Below are positions 24,275 to 39,520 of a stretch of DNA of 64,000 nucleotides, one piece after another. Source of the DNA: Octopus vulgaris (lineage: Eukaryota); contig OX597815.1 in NCBI GenBank assembly GCA_951406725.2, positions 50,902,001-50,966,000 of the forward strand, written 5' to 3'. Positions within the stretch are counted from its first letter, which is position 1, and each line of letters starts with the position of its first letter. A model generated the notes under the pieces. The model was not told where the DNA came from, did no database searches, and was given only the letters and a program-made list of their open reading frames with translations. A program made the translations under genes and the position numbers.

Positions 24275-27200
24275 CAGTTTGCCAAAGACCTAGTCCTTGA
24301 GAAGGAACCATGATACCTCACAGAAGAATGCAGTGTTTTCAGTTGTCCTAATTAATCATCTTTGACTACTTTCTATTGATTTATGATGAACTTGTTTTCA
24401 TAAATCTAAGCTATTGATGGTGGTCATAACCATAGAATGTAGCAATTGTTGTCTTATTTATTTAGCCATGTCAACAGTATTTTTCAGAAGTACATGAATT
24501 TTCAGTTTATTATTTTTAATAATTTATTTCTCCCCAGTCCCTATCTATAAATTCCTTTCTTCTTTTTTTTTTGTCTTCCTATTTTCTTGAGTTGTATTGC
24601 AATTATAATTATTTTTATTTATTTATTTATCATTGTTTTGCTCAGGTATCAATTATTATCTTAAATTTGCCTTGTCTGCCAATAGAATTTTTATTATATG
24701 CATATCATTATTTACATTATGGTTCACTGAGGTTGGGTGAGATTACCAAAATGATGGCCATTTATAAAAGATTTTAAGTTTTAAAAATCATCTAGAATTC
24801 ATCATTGTCATTTATAAATTATAAATGAATGAGAAACAAATATTTTTAATGCTGACTGCTTAGAAAGGGTTTTCTCAGTAGTCATAAAAAATTATTCCGT
24901 CCTAGCCCAGATAAGGAGATTACTTCAAACCAAAAGAAGTACCTCTGGTGAGGTCAGTAGTTTTTGTATTTACAATGCTTATTTACATCAACATGCAACT
25001 GTGTTTATGTGCGTGTGTTTGTTTGTGCAAGTGAGTGTGTTTGTGTGTGTGTTTGTTTGTGTGTGTGTATGAGTTTGTGCACATGCATGTGTGTGCTCAT
25101 GAACATACATTGTTTTTACAAAAATAATGGCTTCTAGTTAATTACAAAAGTTTACAAAATCTTAATTCTGTAATGTTATAACACCTGGGTGTCCATTTTG
25201 TATTCTTTCAACTGATAACTGAGATAAATATTCATTATTCATTATTTAAATCAGAGAAAAATAAATAACCTGATGAAACAGTTTCACCCTTTGGATTTTA
25301 ACAACTCACACAGCTGAATTTTAATATTTAAGACTTTGTAGAATGAAAGAATTGATAGTGTGTATGTGTAGAATGCATGTGCATGTGTGTGCATGCATAT
25401 TCATAATGAAATTTTAATGTAGTCTCTGGCAATATATAAGGCTCTAACATTTACTGTTTGAAAATTATATAACACATTCATGAATTTGAAAACTTATTTA
25501 ACATAATAATGAAGAAAAGTGTTTAAAAACATCCATCAGAACCTTTAGATTTCTGATTGAAGCAGAGTAATATTTAATAGGTCATTTACATATTTCCTAT
25601 ACAAATCATGTCAAAAATACAGTTAAAATTCTGGTAGAGCTGAAAACCCAGACTAAACACTTTCATATTCAATTAATCACTCCCAAATTAACATTGCTCC
25701 CATTATCATTACCTTTGCACCAATAAAATATGAATGCCTAAAAGAATGACAACATTTGGGATAACTCTGCTTAGGCTTCTAATATTCCCAGTTTTTTTTT
25801 TTTTTTTTACAGTTCTAAACGTAATATACATTTGAGTAAAGAACATTAATGTTTCCTACTGAATATGCCAGCAACATGAAACATTGACTACATTTCCATT
25901 CTTCATTATTCACTTATCCTTTAAATTTCATTCCATTAACTTATTTGCTTCATAATTTTATAAGTATTTAAAAAAAAAATAATCAAAATAAAATATTTAA
26001 GGATCAAATTTCATTGTATATATTCATGCAACCAATCTTCAACTGAAAATTTTACAGTTTAGCTGGTGTTTAAACAAACAAATCAAATTGAAACAGGGAA
26101 AGATAGAAATGTCTTGTTTCTTTCTTGTTTTCTTGTTGCATCTCCACATCATTTCCTTTTACATTCTCTTTAATATACATTATCGTATATACACTTCTCC
26201 AGTCTCTTTTAGTTCATGATAGATTTTGGAGATTGATTCAGTTAATTTATTCACTCATTTTATCATTAATTTTTTCATCCATCTTGTGTCATCTGATTAT
26301 TTCTCCAAAGTCATTATTAAAATTTCTTTGAAGACCCTACCCCACCCCCACCGTCACCACCACAAATTAGAAACTTGACATCCACTTTTTCTGCCTAACA
26401 TTGGCTTTTATCGGTGCTGAAAGTTACTAATATCAAATTCTAGTCATAATAATCTAAACGGTAATACTAATGAGGAGAACAATGATGACAAAAAACATTT
26501 TAATATTTACTTTCCTTCATAGTGTTTATTGATTTAATCCAAATGTCTCTTGATCAAATGTAGTGTCAATGTACTTTCTCTTAAGCACAAGCTTTATGTA
26601 AATATGTTTATTGTTAATGTTACCTTTCAAAATAAGCTAATCAAGATACATGAACATGCAGAATATCAATAAGTTGCTGCTTCTACACAGAGTTAATGCT
26701 CTCTTAAAAGATAAACTATATTTGGGTATAGTAGAGACAAAATTTACTTCATCAGCTTCAAAAACAGATCTAACTTTGTAAACTAAGTGAGATTAGTATT
26801 TGTTTAATTATCATACTGAGTAAAATACTTATATTGGCTTCTCTTTTGTTAATTTAAAAGAAGCTTTAAAAAAGTTTTGAATTTCTAACAGATACCATTC
26901 ATTTTTTTATAATTAGCAAAATGATTAATATTACAATCTGTAATTGTAAAGCATTATGATTAATCTATATAAATTGAAAGGAAATAATAATTTTCAGTAC
27001 TTTACGGAAGTCTGCTTACTTTTGTTTTATATGAAATCAGTATACGTCTTTGTTGTTATGTGTATAGGATACTGAATCTAATAGTTTTGAATAATAATGA
27101 TAATAAAACTTATCAAGCATCATGTATTAAAATTCACTTTTTTATCTGTTAGTCTGATAGAATTTTGTTTCTGTGATTAGAGTTGGACTATAAAAAGAAA

Positions 27201-29411
27201 AGCCGTTAATATATCTCAATTTCAATTATTTTACTCTTTAGTCATCATTAGGGCCTGGTGCAATAACCATCTTTTATAAGAATTTATATCTATTATTTTA
27301 TTTTTTATCATCTTGTTCAGTGAATTTCAATTTTTTATTGTTTTTGTTTCTTTTTTAGTGATCTGCGTCTTAAAAGATTTTTATATCAAATTCTTCACAA
27401 TTTTTTTTACGGAAACCATAACAGCCAGAATTCATAATATACCATCATAATTAGTGATATGTTTAATGCACTATTCTTACCATTTAATCAAACAGCCGAT
27501 TTAATTTAGGGTTTTTATTCATCACCCTAATATTCACAATTTTTGTTAAAATGAGATTTAAAGCTGCAATTGCTTATTAACCATACTTTGAGGCCTCACT
27601 TCCTCACAACAAAATAAAGTCGTTGTTATTGAAATAAACTACAATTGTTCATTTTTTATTGTAATTTCCTCAGTTCCCTTCTGTAGATATTGAGGAAAAC
27701 AAACTTAGATATTTGTTTACTAGTTCTTTACAATTACATTATGGTTGCCTTTACTTTCTTGCCAAATTTAATAAAAAAAAAAATGAAATAAAATAATTTA
27801 TAACCCTAAATCATTTACAAAGAATTTAGTTGGTGTGATACTCTCTACAGTTTGCTAAAATAAATGACAAAATTTTTTTTAAATTAATAGAAACTGTGAA
27901 ATCGAGCGCTTTCTTAGCTTGTTAGATCCAATAGAACATTGGTAACATTCAATATAACAAGCAACTTATATTTAAAGAAACAAGTATTGCAACGAAGAAA
28001 TTATAAAGTTGAAGGGCCTTTTTTTTAAAAGAAAAATGTTCATTTTGTTTTTGATTCAAAATAAAAATACCCAGGTCTTCCTTTTTTTCTTATGAATGGT
28101 AAAACCTATTGTTATAGAGGTAATCATCAAATCCACGTGCACACACACACTCATACACACACATACATGTTCAGTTAAGCATCCATATGAACATACACAG
28201 AGTATCATCATACACAGTACTTTTCCCTTTTATACTTTATTTTCAATAATTACTGGTTACATACTGGATTGAGAAATAAAAATAAGCTATTGGTTTTGAT
28301 TATGTGCAATTTTAAAACTAAAATTATAAGTAATATCAGTATTCTTAAGACAGAGCCAAAGTTTTTTTTTTGTACAAAATATTAGTAACTTTTCAAATTG
28401 ATTTCCAGTAATAATGTTTAGTATTTTTATTTAGCTTTACTTCAAAGTTTTTTGTGTTTTGTTGGTAGTTTTGTTATTTCCAGATATGTGGTATTTAATT
28501 TCTACATTGACTGCTAAATATGTGCAACTACACACACAAACATAGACACATGCATCTATATGTATATATAAACATGTGTATATATACATGTATATATGTT
28601 TGTGTGTGTATACACACACATATATGTATATGTATATATATATATATGTATGTATATATACATGTATGTAAAGTTGCACAAACAATACACACTCACATGT
28701 GGCAATATATACATATATACATACATTTATTACTATAGAAGAACCTAAGGCAGGTATTTAAAAAATTATCATTTATTTTGTTTTCTTCCTTAAAATAATG
28801 TTTGCAGCTAACAATCCCTCTGATATTCTTTAAAGAAACCTCTAGATATTTAATTGATCTCATATCTTATCTCTTCATCTGCTTTAAATTTACTCATATT
28901 ATCTACCCTTCAGGATACGAATTTTTGTTGGTATTTTTTTCCCTTTTCTTTATTTGAAATGAAATTTTAAAATTTATTTATTGAGGATGCTTATTTCTTT
29001 GACTAAATATTGGAATTAAATTCAATGTTTTCTGTTTTATTTTCTAAAGTTAACTTCAACATTTAAACATGTACAAAAAATACAGATATGAATGTACCTA
29101 AACTACTATACATTAGTAACTTTTACATAATTTTTGGTTAAGTGGTGGGTAAGACTCTCAAAGTATAGAGATAACAGGAAATTTCTATATTTTCTTATTA
29201 TAGAATATAAATAAGGCAAAACATTTGAAGGAGAAATTGCTAAAACTAAACACTTATCATGATCCTAATCATATTTGCTTAAAAGAAGAGTTGCCGTCTG
29301 AACACATATATACTCACTACATACACAAACATGCATAATTTACATGAGTTTAATATACCTTTGCTGTCATTTGAAAACAACTGATTTTTAATGATAATAT
29401 TAACAATAGGA

Positions 29412-29625
29412 AAGTGGAGTAACACACAGATAGCACTAGACAAAATACTTTTGGATATTTGGTTACAACCCTTAGTGTTTTAATTTTAAATCTCCCCAAG
29501 GGATTGACTTGCCCTTCATCGCCACCCTCAGAAAAATAAGTACTGGTAATATAATGAGGTACAATCCAATTAGTTGCATACCTTTCTTACACATATATGG
29601 CTTTTTGCCAAGTTAGAAATCAATA
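29412..29625 (+). mobile_element. Highly degenerate SINE family A
   Basis: ttgacttgcccttcatc...aaaataagtactgg...gccaagttagaaatcaat. Confidence 0.55.
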
Positions 29626-30415
29626 TCAATAATGATTCATTGCTAATGACCTTGAGAAAAAGGTTAATGTGACACAAGTCTGAAAACCTTTCTCTGCAAA
29701 TATGAAGCTTTGTTCCCATATATGTAAAAAAAAAAAATTATTAATAATGATTCTTAATTACAAGTTTTTCCTTCTGGTAAAAATTGGATATCAGGCATTT
29801 ATAATTATCTATCTATATTAAACAGAAACAATTATGACCAAATTGTTTAAAATATCCTTACCTAGAACATTTTGGTATGTAAACAATTAAATATCATTAT
29901 TCTAGTCATAAAATCTTAATCAAGTTACAAATGTGCTCCAGTAAAAAGTGACTGTCCATAGGGTATAGACAGTTATAGGTAGTTTGTAATAAGTTGTAAA
30001 TATTTGAATTTTCTTTTTTTAATGACTTTTCTGCTCAGAAACTAATAAAAACAAGGCAATAGTACTGTCAAATATTACAAAACAACACCTCATTCATTCT
30101 GTCTTTCTTTCATTTTTGTTTCGTTTCTATCTTCCATTAATCAGTATTTCTTCTGAATTCAAATGAAATAGAGTGTTCATGCAAAATGATCAAAACTTTT
30201 AAATTTGTGTGAATTTTACTGAAAGATGAACAAATACAAATCCATTACAAATGATAATGTGTAAATGTTGGCATTTTAGAAACGTATCATCTTCTTGAGT
30301 TTATTTATTTGCTTTAATAGTTATATATTCATACAATTTTTTTTTTCTTATTTGACTATAAGGCCAGATTCTAGTAAGCTTTTTTAAAATAACATTTTGT
30401 GCAATCATTTTTACT

Positions 30416-30460
<45 letters not shown>

Positions 30461-30829
30461 TGTATTTAACAAAACAAAAAGAAATTCATGTACTTCTGAT
30501 ATTTTTAGAACTACTGTGTTCAAAATGCAGTTTTTTTTTTTCTTTCTTCCCTATATATCTGAATGCAATGTATATTGTTGGGATTTTTTCACTTTGTGAA
30601 TTAAGTCATATCTATTTAATTTATTTTAATTTATTTATTTAACTTGCCTTAGGTGAAAAGATCTCAACGCTTCATTTTTACAAAAATCAGTTTGCATAAT
30701 GTGATGTAACGTGATAAAGGCATGTATGTGAGTGTGTGTTTGATAGCAGTGTGAATTTTTGCTATGTAATATGTTTGTAAAATTGGACAGTGCTATGCTC
30801 CAAATGCTAACGTACATTTTTGAGGTGAT

Positions 30830-30972
30830 TTGACCACTAGCACTGCATTGTATTAGTTGACCACTAGTACTGTGTTAGTTGACAACCAGCACAAGGTGTT
30901 CACTGTCCCTAGCAAGCAATGCGTTAGTTGTCCACTAACAAGTCAGTGTGTTAGTTGACTATCAGCACTGCA
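30830..30972 (+). repeat. Degenerate minisatellite, ~6 units of gttagttgaccactagcact
   Basis: ttgaccactagcact, ttgaccactagtact, ttgacaaccagcaca, ctgtccctagcaa, ttgtccactaacaa, ttgactatcagcact. Confidence 0.75.
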
Positions 30973-31690
30973 ATATAATTGCTTTTATAAATAAACTGGA
31001 CTGCTAATCAACTAAAAAGTTGTAAAATAATTTTGTTTTACATGAATTTTCTAAATTAAATTTTAAAAAAAATCATGGAAGAAAAAAGCAAATTAAACAA
31101 GTTCCTTGCGCTTATGTTATGACTAACCTTAGCGAAAACTAAAAACTTTACTTTGATGCAAGAAAAAAAAATGTGACTTTTTTTATAACAAATTTTTGTA
31201 TGGATTTTCATGATAAATTTTTTAAATGTTTAAAAAGAATTAAAATATCTTCAAGAAATTTTGAAGGGTCAAAAATTGAAACAAAAAAAATCAAAACAAA
31301 ATGGCAAGTAGTTGGAAGCAAAGGACAAAAAAAAAAGAAATATTCTTAAACTTTCTCTTTATTCCTAATCACATTATGCAGTGTCTAGAGAAAAGTTAAA
31401 ATACCTCACCTTTTGTCTGTTAGGAAATGTGAGCATGCTGGTACACAGTCGTTGACACAATCATATGACAAATATGATGTCATAGCTTTCACTCTGTGTT
31501 GTTGCTGAGTTTTGTCTGTATAGATGGCACAAGCCTTTTACAAATTGCAGACAAACTTGTAGTTGACCAAAAACAATATATATATATATAATTATTATTT
31601 ACCTATTTCATGTCACTTTTATTTTTTTTATTTGCATTTGTTGTGTTTGTTTTTTTTTTCATTTTGAATATATGTTTATTATTATTATTA

Positions 31691-31725
<35 letters not shown>

Positions 31726-32610
31726 GCACTTAAGTTTCTCTTTTTAAAATGTTTCAAACAACATAATTGTTTTTTTTCTTATTTATTCTAATTTTCATGA
31801 TTTTTTTTCTTGTTTTTGTTGTGTATAGATTTAGAGGACATTGAGTGTGCTGTCGTTAAAAAACCTATCTGATTTCAAAGTGCACTGTAATCAGAAAGAC
31901 ATAACTGTATTTTTAGAAGCCTTTTTTTTTAACCATTATTTCTATTATTACTGAGGTTTTGTTGATTTACACTTTTTTTTTTTGTAGAAATAATATGTGC
32001 ACTGAAACGTCAGATGTATAAACAATGTAAAAAGTTTTCATAGCTTTTATTAGTGGGCTCCATGCAAAAATATAAGGAACCATTAACAAATTTTATGCAT
32101 TTTTATATATGGATTTATAATCCATTTTAATAATGTTATGCATGTTAATTATAACTTCAGATGATTTTTTTTTAACAGATGGCTAAACAAAGAAAATGAA
32201 CCAAAAATAATTTTAAAAACATTTTTAACACAAAAAAGTACAACGTTCTTTTTTTTAATCAACTAGGAGAAAGATATTTGCTTTCCAGGTGGTAGTAGGG
32301 GCCAGTTACAGATGCATTTCCATAGTTTGTTTGAGAATTATTTGATGACAAAATTAATTCTGGGTTGCAGGAATTTTTTTCTTTTTCTATATATATATAT
32401 ATTTTCTCTTTAATAGCAAGCAGTGGTCTTGCTTGTATTCAGTCCTCCTAACATTTAGGGTGTGATATTTGAGTATGCTAGCCTGGTTTTGCTGCATGCT
32501 GTGTGTACAATTATCTTGAATATTCTATGTATGGTCACTGCTTTAAGAGCAATTTCACTTGACTTGCTACGTTGCATACCATACCAACAAGGAAACATAA
32601 AGATACAAAC

Positions 32611-32647
<37 letters not shown>

Positions 32648-34419
32648 TATAAGTGCAACCAAAGACACACACATATACATCTTGGATTGGGAAATCAATT
32701 TTATCATTTAAGAAACAGATATTAAACTAATATGCAAAACACTCTTTTTATATTGTCTTGTTATTTTTTCTCACTTTTCTCTTAAGTTCTTTTTGTGTTT
32801 GAACAGTAACACAGAACATAGCTTACATATTTTTTATTTCTAATGGAAGTAAAAAAAAATATTTGTCTAGTAAGTTTCTGAAATCAACTTTGATACAAGT
32901 AATTTACAATTCTAGTATTTGCACTGCCTCCTGTATTTGTATGCTCTCGACAGTTTGTATTAGATTTAATATATATTGAAGCATATGAACTTACTTTGTT
33001 AAATCAATGTAGAATATAAGAAAAACAAAGGTTAGAAGATTAAAAAGTTGGCTTTTGTTTTTAAATTTCAACTTCTATTTCTTTCTTTTGTTTACATTCA
33101 TAATTAAGAAGAGGTCTGAGATTGAGATTAAAAGCATAAATAAAATGTTGGAAACGATAGGAATGAAAGCCAACCATTTATCATATACTTGAGTTTGTCA
33201 ATAATTATGAATCCAGTGTTTATCACTCTTGTTTAGAGATCACACATTGAAAGATGGTACCTTTCCATTAGAAAATAGATTCCACTACATTTTTTTCTGT
33301 CAACTTTGTACACTATTAATTCCTTTCCTACCTTTTTCTCATCTATACACTTCACGTAGCATATATGTGCACAGCTGTAAAATACTTTTTCAGACTATTT
33401 CAACATGAATAACATTGGTTTCCGAATCCTTTCTACTACTTGTTTCTTTTTCTTTTATTTCCATTTGTCTTTGATAATATACTATTGCTCAATAGATTTC
33501 TTTTTACTGTATAAAAAAAGTATGATTTAATGCACCAAAAATCTCAAAACTTAAATGATGAAACAAAATCTTTACAATAGTTATTTCTCCCCTCTTGCCT
33601 CATCTCCTTGCCGCACATTCACAAGTTTTCCTTTTGTGATAAAAGGGTTTAATAAATGTAAGGATTATAATCTGATAGGAGAGCATTTTAGTCAAGTCAA
33701 TAAGAAAGAAACCAGACAACCAATTGTGGGTTTATCAAATCATATCATCTCACTAGCACTGTGTTAAATCCATGACCAAGGTACTTAGATCTCATTGGCT
33801 AAGTCCACCTAGATTTCAGTGTCTCACATGGTGGAATAATTCAATGCAGCAGCACTGCAGAATTGATGAGCATTTCATTGGCTTGTAGTATTGGTTTCAT
33901 TTCCTCTGGAAAGAAGAGGAAAGGCTACCTGCAATGAACCATCATTTTATTTAGGGTAGATTTTATGTTGCACAAACCTGGTATAAACAATGGCCCTCTG
34001 TAGATCCTCATGACTGAAAATAAAATAAGCTAGTTTATGTAGCTGGATAGAAAAATCAGATAAGTTTATGAAGGAACGGTCTTAATAAGAAATTGTTTCT
34101 CACATAAACTTCAAATTTTTATATGAATCAAATACATAAAATTTCACAATGAAAACAATTATAATTTTGGCTGACTTTTTTATAGTTTATATACATCTTC
34201 ATAGTTATTAAGTTTCAACTCAATATTTGATAAATGATAGAGGGTGTTTAAATATTTCAATAAAATTTCTGCCTTACATAAGTTTTCTTATTAATTTCAC
34301 AAACTAGATAAGTATTATTTCAATAAATATGACGGAAAGAAATATTTGTGCTTTTTAAAATTATAAATTGCTAGAAACAAAAACAATATAACATCAGGTT
34401 AAATAGTATTTAATTCCAT

Positions 34420-34592
34420 CTACATTCTGATTTTAAGTTAAGCCCTACCCACAGGGTCGACTCTGCCTTTCATCTTTGCCCTCAGAGGTGATAGAATATG
34501 TGCCAAGCATGTACAGATGTCAGTTCAATCAACTATAACCTACCCCAATTTCTCCAAATGTATGATCTGGTGCCAATAAACAAAGTCATTAT
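34420..34592 (+). mobile_element. Degenerate SINE family A
   Basis: tacattctga...gggtcgactctgcctttcatc...ggtgatagaatatgtgcc...ggtgccaata. Confidence 0.55.
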
Positions 34593-37181
34593 AAGTATAA
34601 TTGCTATAATACTAGTATGATCCATTTCTTTATATGTGGGATGCAATCAATCGCTTTCCACATTTATTGACTAAATACCTGATTATAGTTCATAGGTGTT
34701 TATATTATATTACATTGGTCAAAGCTTCTGCAAACATTGATCTGCTGAACTTTACTTTCTTTTATTGCCACCCATTTCTGCAGTATCTAGATTTTAGATT
34801 CCTTTATCCAATTGAGAATCACAATTTATCAATATATAAAAAAAAAGAAAACCACTGGATTGGGAAGTCTACAAAAATTACATAAGTGTATGAAGATTTG
34901 TTTTGAAATATAAGAGTTCAGACGAAGTAATAAAAAGAACAAAGCATTTATTATAAGTTTGATTATGTAGTACTATTGGAATATGTGTGTCGTACATTTT
35001 GGGATAGATCAGCATTCTTAAACATATAATATGTTTCATTGCTATTAAAAATTAAATCTTTGCATGAAAATATAAACAACCAATAAATTTGAGCAAAGTG
35101 TCCTATTCCTAACAGATGACTTGCTGAAATAGTCTGCATTTGATTCTATTTAAACACATATGCATGCACACACAAACATATACAAACACACACAATATCT
35201 TTTATTTCCAATCCTTTTATAAAATAAAATGTCTTCATGATTTCCCCTTTGTCTTATAAACCTCTCTTTGTCTGTGCTAGTTCTGACTACATAACGACCC
35301 ATGCTTCTATTGGCAATAGAGAAAAACAAGGTATAATAAAATTTGAAAATTATGGTCAGTCTGTGTGCTGTGAGAAGAGGTGAATTCTAGTGTTATAAGC
35401 AAGGAAGAGCTTTGCCTAAAAGATTAAAACCCTTCACACCACACAAGCTTAATCTTAAATGCAAATTTTATTAACCACTTCTTTTCTTTTTTTTTTTTTT
35501 GTTTTGAGTGAGGGCAACACTGACTCTCTGTTTTTCTCACATTCTAGTTTTTTGGGTTTTTGTTGTTTTTTATCCTTTATAAGTCTTAATATGTTGTTTT
35601 ATGAAAAAAAATCAAGCAATGAATTATGGTATAGCAAGTAAAAGCTAAAAATTACAATCTCAAGATATAAAAGCACGAGTTCTTTCTATTATTTATTATC
35701 ATTTATGAAAACAATTTAACATAATTGTTAATGGTCTTTCAAGTTGTGTGTATATACATGCATATATATGTATATACCTGTGTGAATGCTACTAATGTGT
35801 ATGATGATATATGTATGTGTGTGTGGTTATATGCATGGCTGTAGAGTATGTGTATATAAAAAAAAAAGCATTTCTTTTTATGTATGTACATCAAAACAAA
35901 AATTTTCTGAAATTCTACATCAGAGACTGTAAATCAGAACAACTTTTAACTTATATAAAGAACTGCTCTATTATAACTCTAATTCAACACTTTGTCCTAT
36001 TCATTGCAATATTAAAGGACAAAAGTTGCCTTTTGTTTTTGTTTTTTGTTGGTTTTTCTTTTCTTTTTTATTTTAATTTTCTAAGATGAATACTTAGAGA
36101 AGAAAAGAGAATTTCAGTAAAAGCCTTCTCATGACCTGCAGGATAGGCAAGTTTTTCTTTTGTGTTTCGTTTATGTATTCCCTTCCATATTGAAATATTT
36201 GTACGTTATAGTTTGAGTTTCATTTATTTACTTTTATTTATTTTTTTTTTTAATCTGAAAGAAGAAATCACTTAGTTCTTAAAAGGTTGGACGAATGATG
36301 TAAATCTTAGACCAGAGCAATAATTAAGACTCATATTATTGGTACATTTGAATATTAGCCTTATTATTCGTCTCACATATACACACGCATGAACACACTG
36401 ACTTAGACCTCTGTCACTTCTTATAGCTGGATTGTTTTCCAATGAGCAAACTGAACCCTGCATCTCCAATATTGTTCTCTCATACAAGCTAACAGTTCGT
36501 TTTTAAAAAAATAATCAATTATACCTTATATGATAGTTTGTTTTCTTTCGTTATTTGTTTGGTTTTTCTTTTCATTCTATATTATCCAGTTTATTTATTT
36601 TCAGTGTCAACTATTGTACTTACTTTAAATTCATTTTTACACTATGAAAACTTAGAGATTTCTTTTTAAATTGTTCTGGGGGGAAATGCATTAAAATTTT
36701 CAATAATTTTTCTGGGTTTTTGTTTTTGTTTTTGGTACTAGACAATTTGGCAATTTTACCAGATGATGGTTTCTGTTTATTAGAGTCTGTCAATTAATAC
36801 TCAGAATTTTCATAAAATCTTACATTACTACAGTTTTACTGAAGATCACACAACAAAATCTTGGCAATAAAACTTTATAACAGCAATGCCATAAAACTAA
36901 ATATCAGTAGCTATAAGAAAACTATTCTGCTCTATTTAGTCCCTTTAATGTATTCTTTCAGCTCGTCACTATTAACAATGTCCTTTGTTAACATTTTGAA
37001 TAATTTTTGGCTTTGCCAGTTACTTGCCTTCCAGTTGTCACAATTTTATTATCATATAAGCAATAATGATGATGATAATAATAACTTTTAAACAAAAATC
37101 AAAAACAAACAGTGACATCAAGCTGAGAGAGAAAGAGTGAGCGAAAGAAAATTATAGTGACAAAATACATTTAGCAAAATA

Positions 37182-37295
37182 GCTATGTCTGGTCAATTTT
37201 AACAAAGTCTGGCAAAATTTAACTTCTACAACTTGTAAATTTCCAGTATGTCTGACAAATTTCAACTACATCAAATTTCAACTATGTCTGGCAAA
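37182..37295 (+). repeat. Degenerate ~20-bp tandem repeat (aaatttcaactatgtctggc)
   Basis: ctatgtctggtcaattttaac, aagtctggcaaaatttaac, gtatgtctgacaaatttcaac, aaatttcaactatgtctggcaaaa. Confidence 0.65.
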
Positions 37296-37957
37296 AAAAG
37301 AAAAAAAAAAGAGAAAACTCTACATTTAGTGTCTACAAATACTGTGATGATGCTTAATCAGTTTTAAAGCAGCATTTTTCTATCACTTTATACATGTTTG
37401 ATCCATGATCTATGTTGCTCTTGCAAATTTCTTGTAACATACACCTTAAGCATGACATACAGGCAGCAGTAGGGAGAAGGTGGCGACTATTAATGACGAT
37501 GATAAGTGTTGGATTATTTACATTGACAGGCAAATAGTCCTTGTTGGTGCCAGTCAAGAGACATTATATCAGTAATTTCTCCATATTGCATATTCCTTTA
37601 ATCTCTTCTACATCTCTTTATTTTCCTTCTCCATTCCCATTCAGTTTCATATTACTTCAATGATGCCAAGGAGAGGAGCAATCTTAACAAATATGTTGTT
37701 TAATACATATGGGTACAATGTGTCTATATATATATATTGTATGCCTGGCAAATAATTTAGTGCTTGCTGGACCATCTGCCAGGCAAATAATTAAGAGGTT
37801 AGCAATTTTTTTTAAATGTTTTTAAAATTTAATTCACCACTTTTACATTATCGAAAAATCTCTCACTCAGACTTTCGGTTAGAAAGCCACAATATTTACA
37901 TTATTTTGCTGTGTATGTGTGTGTGTGTGTGTATGTATATATATGTACATATATATA

Positions 37958-37993
<36 letters not shown>

Positions 37994-39471
37994 CATATAC
38001 ACACATATATTCATAACACACATGCACATACATGCATGTATGTTTTTCATACTTATTCTATTTGCTTCATAGATTGTTATTTACTTTATACGAGTAGAAT
38101 ATCCATTTCTCTTCTGTTTGTTTACCAATATCTTTTATATTGGTTCGTCAAAGCATAACTTAAACTTTTGTCTATCCACATCCACCCGGTTAACTTGCTG
38201 TTCAACTCCATTGAGATTTTTACCTACATAGAACTTTCAATAATTACATCAATTAATATGATGAGGATATCATCGATAACAAAGAAACTCAGAAGCTTTT
38301 AGCTAAATTTTACACTTTTGTTATTTCATGAACTTGGAACAACTCTCAACAATTCAAAATAACCTCATAATTAACATTTTCATTTCTTTTGTTTCGTATC
38401 TGATATATTTCCATTTGTTCAATAGTAATTCGTTTTGAAATGAATATGCTCCATGTTTCAAACAATTTACTCTTTAAAATTACTTGTGATATAAAAAGAG
38501 AACATTAAAAGAAAGATACTCATAAAACTTAACGTCGGCAATACTATTTTAAATACATTAAAATAGTACTTACAATTTTATACTTAATATTATGGTATAA
38601 TTTACAAATCCATAATTTGATGTTTTGGGGTTTTTTTGTTTTGCTTTGTCTTTTTTTTTCTTACTTATTACACTTACCCTGCCTGCCTCAATATCAAAAA
38701 TGAAGAGTTTTTTTTAAAAAAATCAAGATGGAGATTTTACTAACCATTCTTGTACCGTTTTTGATCCCACAATATTCACAATCGGTAAAACCCTTCTAAT
38801 TTTTTTAATTTCTTTGTAGCAAGTTTGTAGCTTTATTTCTATATGTTCTTATTAAACAATTTACATAAAGGGTTCACAAATTATTTACATTTCTATTTTG
38901 TTCTTAGTAAAAACACAGATATTGATAGACTTGTACAAATGTAGATATTGTTATTTAAACATTTTTGTGGTTCCATTTGAAAACTCTTGCTTTAATATCA
39001 TAATTATGAAAACTTTTGAAGGAATGAAGAAAGCAAAATGTAAAAAAAAGTTACTCTTAAAACTCATTTCTGTTATACTCTTTGAAATATAAAAAAAATT
39101 GATAAACCTGAACGTTTCTGTGGGGAAAAAAAAAAGACCAGTAAAGATCCTTGGAGCTTGAGCTTCCTAGATTTTCACTTTGAAAAAGGGATTCTACAAG
39201 TTCACTTTGTATATTAAGAAGTTTCCCGACTTATATATATTCTGTCAAAACTTATGTTCTCTTTCTTGAGTACTATGAACATTTTAAGCAATTTGATCTA
39301 ATGATAAACTGGTTCTCAGCATAACTTATACACAACTGAAGCATAAAGTATTAAATTTGGTTATAGGTAAAAGTTCAATTTGTTTAACTAAGAACTAGCT
39401 AAACTCTAAATCAGACATTTTCCTAATATTTTATACTTTCATTTCATACATACATACACACACACACACAT

Positions 39472-39520
<49 letters not shown>

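Noticed and set aside
21658-24311. Antisense and alternate-frame ORFs overlapping the zinc-finger exon
   Set aside because: These are shadows of Pro-, Ser- and Asp/Glu-rich codons with no recognisable domains.
30830-30972. CRISPR-like repeat-spacer array
   Set aside because: Eukaryotic context, degenerate units, linkers far too short, and no cas genes.
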